Shown piece by piece: positions 46,101 to 56,138 of a stretch of DNA of 64,000 nucleotides. Numbering within the stretch: the first letter of the stretch is position 1; each line of letters opens with the position of its first letter. The position numbers and the translations under genes are program-made. The DNA is taken from assembly GCA_907165135.1 (NCBI GenBank), contig OU015566.1:4650001-4714000 (forward strand). Direction: 5' to 3'. The notes beneath the pieces were generated by a model. It was not told the origin of the DNA. It worked only from the letters and a program-made list of their open reading frames with translations, and searched no databases. The stretch is from Oikopleura dioica. Lineage: Eukaryota > Animalia > Chordata.

Positions 46101-48720
46101 AGACTTGCCACTGCACTGATGGCCGACCAATCGACGAGGGATACCCTGGCGGATGTCCTCCTATTGTCGTCGATTGCAGCAAGTTTTTCGGTGACGAAAT
46201 TCATTTCTTTGGTGATGAGATTCATGGCCAATGGGTTTTTGTCCCATGGGATACAAAAGACGGTCCAGTCTGCTGCCATATCGAAGCTCATTACAATCCT
46301 GAAATTGGCCAATGTGTCTGCAACGACGGATCCAAACCGGATGAACGAGGTTTCTGCGGAAAATCCTGCCCAGAAGAGCTCGTCTTTGCTCCTTATCCAC
46401 CAACTGGAGAGATGGCTTGTCTTTGCCCCGAAACTTTCAAGTTCCCCAACGCCGATGGTGTTTGCATGGACAATCCATGTGAAAAGGGTCTAAACCCATT
46501 CAAGCTTCCTGATGGTTCCGTCGCTTGCTGCCCAGAAGGATCATATTTCGATTACGAGATGAAGTCATGTATTTGCTTCTCTACCAAGCGAGCTCCAGAT
46601 GAAAACGACGAGTGCCCAGAGAAATGCCCAGATGACACTATTCCAGTTATCGATGATGAGACTGGCGATCTCAACTGTGTCGCCGTCGACTGTGCTCCTG
46701 GATTCTACCTTGCTTACAAAGAGATCTGTTGCCGAGAAGACAAGATCTTCGATAAAGAGCGATTCCAGTGCGTCTGCCCACCTGGACTTGCCGATTTCGA
46801 AGGACGATGCCAGGAGAAATGCCCTCTCGGATCCACTTATGACGGAGAAGAATGCGTTTCAAAATGCCCCGAGGGACAGATTTTCCGAGAAGGAGCTTGC
46901 TACTGTGCTCTTGATGGATCTCTTGCTTCTCTAGACAAACCTTGCTGCGAATTCGGACAAAGCTGGGATGCTAAGAAGGGTATTTGCACTTGCGATGGCG
47001 ATCTTTTCTGCGAAAAAGCTTGTCCAAAAGACCGACCGAATTTGTTCATCGACAAGTTTGGCGATCGACAGTGCTGTCCCGAGGATATGGTCTTTGACGT
47101 CATCAACCATGCTTGCATGTGCAGCGGTGGTGTCGACAAGCCAGCGTTCAAGCCTCTTGATGGAAGCTGCAGATGTCCCGATGGCGAGCGACAAATGATG
47201 AACGCCGACATGACTTCTTTCGTCTGCGTTGATGGAGGCTGCCCCAACGGACTTGTCGTTGATGAGATCACCAGCAACTGTGTCTGCCCCAAGGACTCCT
47301 GGCAATTCATCAACTCGATCGGCGTTCCAGTTTGCTGCAAACGAGACCAGAAGTGGTCCGAAGAGCTCCAGGAATGCATCTGCGTCGAAACCAATCTGCC
47401 AGCTCTCGATGATGGAACATGCGAAGATCTTGGCGACGAAAAATGCCCACCTGGATGGACTTTTGTCAAAGAAACCATGCTTTTCAATGATCAGCCTTTT
47501 CGTTGCATGCCAATTTGCCCTGAACCATCGATCGCCTATGTCAAGCCACTTGATTGTTTCAGCGTTGTTAACGCCGCTGAATGTCTTGCTACCGCTGCTG
47601 TTGAGTGCATGTGCAAGGGTGATTACAGATACAACGGAACAGCTGACAACATGATCGACTACATCCTCTACGGAAGCTGCGAGATGGAAGAGTGTCCGCC
47701 AGGCCTTGTCCGATCTGATGACATTTTGACCTTCAACGAATGTACTTGCCCATACAAGTGGCAGAAGCAAATCCAAACGGCTTCCATCCCCCCTCAGATA
47801 AAGTGCACTTGTGATGATCCAAAATACCAGGTCAACGAGGAGACCGGCATGTGCGAGTGTAAACCACAAATTGCTGAATACAGCGTCACCGGATTCGATG
47901 GATCCTGTGATTGCCCACGAAACATGCTTTTCAATGCCGAAAAGGATGTCTGCGAGGAGATCAACACTGGAACTGTGGTTGAGATTGACGAAAACTGCTG
48001 GTACTACGATTTCGAAACTGAAGCTTGCTTGACGAAGGAGGAATTCGAAAACCAGTTTGATGCTAAGCCTACTGAGGTAAACTTTTCGAAGTTGCTTGAA
48101 TGAATCATTCTTTTTAGAACCCCTTCACTCAAAACGACAAGGACTGTCCCGGCTTTGAAGTTGGCTGGAAGGGACTCAAGAGCTCCAAGATCCAGTACAA
48201 GTCTCCAACTGGCTACCTGATCCTCGTAAACATCCTGAACAACCAGGGCAATGTCGATGTCACAGTCGATGATTACATTGGTTTCATCATTTTCAGCAAG
48301 CGATATTGCGGAATCGACTTTATCAAGGAGCTCGACAATGGCAACGTTACCGTCTCTTTCTATGATAAGACGCCTTCTTACGACAGATCAGATGTCTACG
48401 TCCGATTGGACAAGGGCCAGTCGCAGACTGCTATTCAATTCACGTGAGTTCAATAACAATCTGCAATTATTTCATGATTTTTCAGGACGAAACACGATCG
48501 AGACGCAGCTGGCAAACCCGACTACCATTTAGGTAACACGAAGAAGGATCAGTTCCTCCTCCACGTCGAGTTTGATCATGAAATCAACTTCGTCGACACG
48601 CCTGAAAATTGCTTGACCCGATTCAACATCGGTGTCATGAAATCCGAGATGGACTTTACCCAGGACTACACCCACTGCGTCGCCAACTCTCTTTGGTGGA
48701 GCGCTCCAGTTTTCAACTAA
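43102..48720 (+). CDS. Large secreted Cys-rich repeat glycoprotein, 1776 aa, oikosin-like: join(43102..43107,43313..48076,48118..48443,48486..48720)
   Basis: Signal MKLLATISSALA. Dozens of CPxG..CCPxG..W..C.C modules, then a non-repetitive C-terminal domain (FSKRYCG.DF..GNTKKDQ..DYTHC). All introns GT-AG and in frame. The oikosin label is from recall. Confidence 0.85.
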
Positions 48721-49989
48721 ACTGAAGACAAAATTCTCATTTCTTTATATTCTTTCCTGCAAATAAAATGGAATTCTCCATAGAAAGCCATTAATCAGAA
48801 CCAGGGGTCGAAATCCGTTTTAAAAATTGAAAGTCTAGTCTAGGCTGGGCTGGGCGATTTTCCAGCCTTTTTAGGCTGCTAGTCTGGGCTGGGTATTTCG
48901 GGAAAATGAAAAGTCTAGGCTGGCCAAGGCTGACAGACTTAGTCTGTTTTAGGCTGAAAGTCTGCAACCTAAAAATTCATAAATTTGGTCAAGTCTGCGA
49001 CTTTAGTCTTGAGACTACCTTTTCTAGGCTCGTTAAAAATGGCCCATTTTAAAGAGGGTTAATATTCTAATTAATAATAGACTCGTTATTTGTCGAGGAT
49101 TTTTCTCAAATAAGCACTAGGTTACCTAGTCTAGGTAGAGAAATGTCCGAATTTTTCAGAAAAGTGAAAATTTTTACATATCGCTAAGTTATTCGTAGAG
49201 AAATCAGGATTATTTCGCGTACATGTAGGTAGGAAACATGGTCAATACTGAAAATGGCACGAATGGCACGAATGGCACGAATGGCACGAAATCACTGAAA
49301 ATGGCACGAAAACAGAGACACATTTTTTTGCGAATTAACCTTGAGGAATATTATGAATTAAACGGATTTATTTGAAACGATAGTTATTAAACAACTTAAA
49401 AAGTTCATTAATCATGATCAAAATCAAAAAAAAAAAATTTGAAAATTTTTTAAATTGACCGCAAATTCAGGCCCAAAGAGATTATTTTTTGAGTGAAATT
49501 CCTCAATTTTGCCATTGTCATTGATAAAAAATTGAAATAATAGTGATTTTAGCATAAATGATCAATTTTTCATTGAATATTCAAGTAATAAACGCCCGCT
49601 CCGCGGGTTTAATGGGAGGAAACTCAAGGGTTGAAAAACAATAACAAAAAAGTCTCTAGAATTCTACTGAAAATGGCACGATGAAAAGACATGTTTTCGT
49701 GCCATTCGTGCCGTTCGTGCCATTCGTGCCATTTTCAGTACTGTCGGGAAACATCCCTGTATGATAAAAATCATGTCTGGTGCTTTCAAGGACTTTTCAA
49801 ATTTTCTTCCACCATTCATGCTTTGCCGCGAATTCCCAATGAATGGCGTCATTACTCCACCAACAGTGATGCTGCCGACGAGTGGAGGACTCTCGCCCAA
49901 GTGGACTCTCGCCCAAGTGGACTCTCGCCCAAGTGGACTCCCGCCCAAGATGGACTCCCGCCCAAGTTGGGCGAGAGTCCTTTGGGCAA

Positions 49990-50857
49990 GAGTCCATGTA
50001 GAAATTTTCAACAATGAGAAACAGAAAGTTGGGCGAGAGTCCATCTTGGGCGAGAGTCCTCCACTCCAATTGTTAATGACTATTCAATGACAAAAGAAAG
50101 CAATGAGCTGTATGTAATAAATATGCAATGTACTTTATATAAATTAAAGTTAGGGTTAGGGGCACTGGGCAAAATGACAGAACAACCTTACCCGAGGGGG
50201 ATAGACTAGGGTTAGTTAGGGTTACTGAAGGTAACCCTAAGTAACGTAGACTAGACCCCGGCATCTTAGGACCTAAGGGGCGAAGCCCCGTAGTAAGGGC
50301 AATTAGATTTGATAATTTCTGATGAAAAGTGGTGCAGTAGGACTGACCTTCTCTTTCAACCTAGTCGAGGATTAGCACTTTTTGAGAGTTCCAGTTTTAT
50401 TAGCGAAGCGCAATATTTTTTCACATCAAAGAATTTATGCTTTCGTTTATCTTGCTGAACAAACCGAAACTGGAACTCTCGAAAAAGTGCTAATCTTCGA
50501 TAAGGTTGAAAGAGAAGGTCAGTCCTACTGCACCTCTTTTCAGCCAAAATTATCAAATCTAATTGCCTTACCGGGGCTTCGCCCTTAGGTCCTAAGATTC
50601 CGGGGTCTAGTCTAGGGTTACTTAGGGTTACCCTCGGGTAAGGTTGTTCTGTCATTTTGCCCAGTGCCCCTAACCCTAACTTAATTTATATAAAGTTCAT
50701 TGCATATATATTATATACAGCTCATTGCTTTCTTCTGTCATTGAATAGTCATTAACAATTGGAGTGGAGGACTCTCGCCCAAGTGGACTCTCGCCCAAGA
50801 TGGACTCTCGCCCAACTTTCTGTTTCTCATGGTTGAAAATTACCACATGGACTCTCG
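49990..50857. repeat. ~870-bp near-perfect palindrome (loop ~60 bp) with TTAGGG-like motifs and 16-bp GTGGACTCTCGCCCAA repeats at the ends
   Basis: ~50030-50400 is the reverse complement of ~50460-50815. Confidence 0.85.
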
Positions 50858-51047
50858 ACCAAAAGCTTATTTAACATACTAAAGACACTCCCTACATGGT
50901 TCAAAAGAGATAACCAAAATAGCTCAACTCTTAGACTAACCCGCTGAAAAGCGCTCCACAATAATGATGCAACGTCAAAAACCTGTGAATATTAAAAATT
51001 GATCATAAAAAATGAAAAATATTCGCCGGCATTTCGATAGTCTAGAT

Positions 51048-52858
51048 TAGGGTCAGGCATTTTCACGTGATCACCGCTGTACACGCTAAATTTTTTGGTT
51101 AGTAGCCTAGGGGTACTGATTACAAAAACATAGCGGCCCTCGCTTAACCCCACAACACCCTTACCATTTTAACCCATTTTCTGTTTTACTCGTTTTTTGC
51201 CAATTTGAAGGAGAAAAGGTATTTTTTCTCAATTTTATGCGTACAGAAATAATTATTTTATAATTTTTATAGAGCTAAAAGTTAAAAAATAATTTAACTT
51301 GGGATGCCTAAGGAAAAAACGACTTTTTTCCATAATAAAGACCATAAATAGGCAAAAAACAAGAATTATTTGACTTTTAATAACGATGGGTGTGGGTGGG
51401 GTTGGGGACATAATTGAGATTGATCAACTCAGTGTTCCAAGCCTTTGTCAAGCCCCTTAAATTTAAAAATAAAGGAACGGGGCTGAGACGGCCCGAAGGG
51501 CCGTCAAGCCCTTAAATTTAAAAATAAAGGAACGGGGCTGAGACGGCCCGAAGGGCCGTCAAGCCCCTTAAATTGAAAAATAAAGGAACGGGGCTGAGAC
51601 GGCCCGAAGGGCCGTCAAGCCCCTTAAATTTAAAAATAAAGGAACGGGGCTGAGACGGCCCGAAGGGCCGTCAAGCCCTTAAATTTAAAAATAAAGGAAC
51701 GGGGCTGAGACGGCCCGAAGGGCCGTCAAGCCCTTAAATTGAAAAATAAAGGAACGGGGCTGAGACGGCCCGAAGGGCCGTCAAGCCCTTAAATTGAAAA
51801 ATAAAGGAACGGGGCTGAGACGGCCCGAAGGGCCGTCAAGCCCTTAAATTGAAAAATAAAGGAACGGGGCTGAGACGGCCCGAAGGGCCGTCAAGCCCCT
51901 TAAATTGAAAAATAAAGGAACGGGGCTGAGACGGCCCGAAGGGCCGTCAAGCCCTTAAATTGAAAAATAAAGGAACGGGACTGAGACGGCCCGAAGGGCC
52001 GTCAAGCCCTTAAATTGAAAAATAAAGGAACGGGGCTGAGACGGCCCGAAGGGCCGTCAAGCCCTTAAATTGAAAAATAAAGGAACGGGGCTGAAACGGC
52101 CCGAAGGGCCGTCAAGCCCCTTAAATTGAAAAATAAAAGAACGGGGCTGAGACGGCCCGAAGGGCCGTCAAGCCCTTAAATTGAAAAATAAAGGAACGGG
52201 GCTGAGACGGCCCGAAGGGCCGTCAACCCCCTTAAATTGAAAAATAAAGGAACGGGGCTGAGACGGCCCGAAGGGCCGTCAAGCCCCTTAAATTGAAAAA
52301 TAAAGGAACGGGGCTGAGACGGCCCGAAGGGCCGTCAAGCCCCTTAAATTGAAAAATAAAGGAACGGGGCTGAGACGGCCCGAAGGGCCGTCAAGCCCTT
52401 AAATTGAAAAATAAAGGAACGGGGCTGAGACGGCCCGAAGGGCCGTCAAGCCCTTAAATTGAAAAATAAAGGAACGGGGCTGAGACGGCCCGAAGGGCCG
52501 TCAAGCCCTTAAATTGAAAAATAAAGGAACGGGGCTGAGACGGCCCGAAGGGCCGTCAAGCCCTTAAATTGAAAAATAAAGGAACGGGGCTGAGACGGCC
52601 CCCAGATATTGGTTGAGAATATATTTTTACTTATTTTTTTTATTTTTTTTTATTTTTGACACGTAAAAAACAATATTTACACTGAAAAAATCATTATTTT
52701 TATGAAAAATAGGGATTTTAGCAAATGGGTTAAAATATATAGGACGTTTTTTGGTTAAGTGAGGGCCGCTATGTTTTTTGTGATCAGTACCCCCCAGGCT
52801 ATCACCCAAAAAAATATTAGCGTGTACAGCGGTGATCACGTGAAAATGCCTGACCCTA
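51048..52858. mobile_element. hAT-type MITE nested in the composite element and carrying the satellite
   Basis: TAGGGTCAGGCATTTTCACGTGATC TIRs (over 100 bp, imperfect). 8-bp TSD GTCTAGAT at 51040-51047 and 52859-52866. Confidence 0.9.
51447..52601. repeat. 55-56 bp tandem satellite, about 21 units
   Basis: Unit CTGAGACGGCCCGAAGGGCCGTCAAGCCCTTAAATTGAAAAATAAAGGAACGGGG; 20 complete hairpin cores. Confidence 0.95.
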
Positions 52859-53346
52859 GTCTAGATAAAAACCAAAAAAAAAGTCTGGAAAAGGACAATT
52901 TAAGTCTCCGCAAGGCTGACAGCCTTAACAGCCTAATTTGATTTAGTCTGTAGTCTGCAGACTTTTAAGTCTAGGCTGGGCTGAAAACGAGCCTAATTTA
53001 GGATGCGATTTTTGGTAGTCTGTTAGTCTGGCAGCCTTAACCTAGACAGACTAAGACTTTAGGCTGGACAGACTAGTCTGTTTCGACCCCTGATCAGAAC
53101 GTCTTCAAAATTTCCTCAATTTTCTTTTTTTCTCTAATTTAAGAGCTTAGGTGTCTATTTTCCACGATTCTCGTGCTCTTGAAACCGATAAGAGATTATG
53201 CTCTAGAATTTCAGCCGGCAATCAATTTCAAGCACGCGCTTATCATGCGCTCTCGGAGTATAAAAAGGGAAGATAAATTTTGAACCTCACTTTTTCTATT
53301 CGAAAGTCAATTTTGATAATTCGAGAGAATTGAATAAAAATAAAAA

Positions 53347-53975
53347 ATGAAGATCTTTGCCTTCCTTTATGCTTCCGCCTTGGCGTACCCTCAGCTTTCG
53401 AACCAAACTGAGCAAGTCTCGAACCAGGTCGAACAAGAAACGAATCAAGTTGAGCAAGTTTCGGACCAAATCGAACAGGTAAAAGCTTCTTAAAAGAAAT
53501 ATTTGCTGATAAGATTAAGATTTCGAACCAAACTGAACAAGAATCGAACCAAGTCGAGCAAGTGAGCAATCAAGTTCCCCAGGTAAAATAAGGATGGTGT
53601 CTGGAAACGACAAAAATTTCGACAAATTTTGCGTGGGGGCTACTTGGCTGCTGATTGGCTTGTTTGCCAAATCAAGGCTTCTGATTCGTTTAAAATTTAC
53701 ACGCAAAATTGGTCGAAATTTTTGTCGGTTCCAGACACCTTACCGTAAAATTTTTCGTAAAAACAAATTTCAGAATTTTTGATTAATTCATCATTTTTTC
53801 CTATAAAAATCGATAATTTGACTCTTCAACTCATGAAAAAATCTAGATCTCGAACCAAACGGAACAAGAAACCAACCAGGTGGAACAAGTCAGCGACCAA
53901 TATCCACAAGAATCTGACCAAGTCGAGTACTACGAACAGCAGTACCCACAAGGAAATGGAACTCAAGGTTATTAA
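53347..53975 (+). CDS. Secreted Gln/Glu-rich repeat protein, 107 aa: join(53347..53478,53520..53582,53847..53975)
   Basis: Signal MKIFAFLYASALA, then (S/T)NQ(T/V)EQ(V/E)-type 7-residue repeats. Two phase-0 GT-AG introns. Absent from the ORF track. Confidence 0.8.
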
Positions 53976-54034
53976 CTTCATCTTCCAAGAAATAAATAAA
54001 TAAAGAATTTCAAAAAACTATCTGAATTTTATTT

Positions 54035-55000
54035 CTACTTAAAAAGTGCTAAGATAATCATGAAAACAGTAGTGCTGAAAATTGATTTTGTTGCATCACT
54101 TTTAATTGTCTCTGTCTTCTTCGTTGTCTTTTCAGGCTTTGTTTTGGCAATATTTTCCTCTTCGCAAATACCATGAGATGTCATTGGAGCATTTCGTCGT
54201 CCTCGGTACTCGTAAAGATCGTAGCCGTCGTCTTAAAGGTCAATTATAAACAATCACGATTAAGGACCCCCGTCAACAATTTTCCTCAAAAAATCTAAAA
54301 TTTCAAAAAGCCATATTTTGGCTTCATAGTGCGCGGCGCACTATGCGCCTTAAAGTTCAATTTATCATAAAAACTTGTTCGGAGCATTTTTTGACCAATA
54401 AAAACCTAAATTTTTAGCAAAATCGGGACTTTTTCGTCATTTTTCGTCAGAAAGTCCGATTTTCAAACGCGATTTTGAGGGTGTTAGAGTCGAGATAGAC
54501 CCCCAAAAATGAAGCCTCAAAATCGTTCTTTTGACTTGTAGAGTCCTTTTCCGGGGTCAAAATTTCGAAATTCCGAAAATAGATTTTTCGAAAATTGTTG
54601 ACGGGGGCCCTTAAAGCTTTTTTTGCTTACTCAAGCTGTTTTTGCTGTTTTCCATGTCAAGCCAGGATTGATAGGATTCCCAAGAATCGAAAGTCTGGCA
54701 CCTCCACATTCCATCATTTGTTGTGCATAGGTCCCCATCTGCATCAGTCGTCGATTGTTGTTCAGTCGTCACTGCGGCGGCTTCCGTTGTCGTTGTTGTT
54801 GTTGGCTTGCCTGTTGTTGCCGGAATGATTTCTTGGGAAATCTCATGAGTGCAGTTTTGAACCCTTTTTTGAGTTTTCGATCGAATAAAAATTTCTCTAC
54901 GAAAAAATTAAACTCATTTCCTATCGAGATAATCCGCTAAATGATCGTGAGCTCGAACAAGAACAAGAAAAGTTATCACGAAAATCGACGCTTTCAACAT
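54035..55000 (-). CDS. Putative GPI-anchored Thr-rich (mucin-like) protein: join(55000..54921,54863..54631,54231..54035)
   Basis: Signal MLKASIFVITFLVLVRA, PTTTTTTE stalk and hydrophobic C-terminus FSTTVFMIILALFK. Intron 1 is GA-AG, intron 2 is GT-AG; frames are consistent. Confidence 0.7.
54264..54610. mobile_element. TTAA-flanked MITE in mucin intron 2; inverted second copy at 56239-56573 and a partial copy at ~55590-55790
   Basis: TIR GG(A/G)CCCCCGTCAACAATTTT with TTAA flanks. The internal sequence of copy 2 is the reverse complement of copy 1. Confidence 0.85.
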
Positions 55001-56138
55001 TTTTTTCGCGAAAAATGAAGACCCAACTGAAATCTTGGTTAGGTTTTTTACAACTCAGGAAAAGTCAGCTTATCAAAAATGACAGCTTTTGAAAATGGCG
55101 CGATTTTCAAGCCAAAACTGAGTTCCCTCAAGAATGTTAAGAACTGAACTTTGAATATTTGCGGCTAAAAGTGATGATTTTTTGAATCACGTATTAGCAA
55201 TTAGAATTTATTTCCTAATTTCAAATAATTTTGTTCAAAACTCCATTAGTTATTGTCCAAACAGTTCAAACTATCGTGCAAGCAGAGTGGCGACATAATT
55301 CTTTGAACGTGATCAAGTACTGGGTATCCAGTCTTGCTAAAATCATTGATTAGCCCGAAGCTACGGAAGCAGACCCTCTCTCTTGTTATAGAAGCGTCGA
55401 TTCGGTATTCGGCTTAAGAAAGAAAAAGACGGGATTTCGTAGAAGAACTCATTAATAATAACAAGAATAAATGATATAAATAAATTAAAGGATAAATCAA
55501 AAATGGAAATTTTTACAAAAACCATAGTTCTGGTTGTTTATGCGTCCTAAGAGCTTCAAAAACTTGATAAAAAATTTTAAACCAAGAAAAGTCAATATTT
55601 TTGCCAAAATCTCGAAGAATTTCTTTCCGGGGTCAAAATTTCGAAATACTGAATTTTGATTTCGAAAAATCAGATCTCGGAATTTTAAAATTTCGACCCC
55701 GGAAATGGATTCAACGGATAAAAAAAAAAAGATTTTGAGGCGCCATTCTTTTGGGGTCTTTCTCGACTCCTTCACCCCCAAAATCGCATTTGAAAGAAAT
55801 AAGATAATATATATATTGTATATATAATATATCTAGTAGAAAAAAAGTGTTATAAAGAAAAACTTCCGGAATTGTCCGTTTTGTCTTATTCATATTATGA
55901 TGATTCATAGACGTTGAGGATAATGTAAGTTTTAATAATTTTGAATAATTCACACGCACATTTTTTTTCTTGACCGAATTACGAAATTTACCCTTCTACG
56001 TGAGTAGCAGAATTCTCATAAAATAACGTAGAAAATACGAAAACGGCGCTATAGAGCTCACCACGCGGTTGATTACTTGCTGTTTAAATACCGCTCTCAC
56101 TCGATAAATTTATCTTTTGAGAGAAAAGCTAAAAAAAG

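Larger units (their letters stand above)
48802..53092. mobile_element. Composite hAT-type non-autonomous element, 4.3 kb
   Basis: CAGGGGTCGAAA / TTTCGACCCCTG. 8-bp TSD ATCAGAAC at 48794-48801 and 53093-53100. Confidence 0.9.

Noticed and set aside
43613-48532. Many alternative-frame and antisense ORFs within the Cys-rich gene, including 48251-48532
   Set aside because: By-products of biased codon use in a long real exon; no recognisable motifs.
49664-50655. ORFs within the 16-bp repeats and the palindrome
   Set aside because: Repeat-derived and mirrored on both strands.
51447-52601. CRISPR-like array of palindromic repeats
   Set aside because: No variable spacers, no cas genes, and a eukaryotic context inside a hAT MITE.
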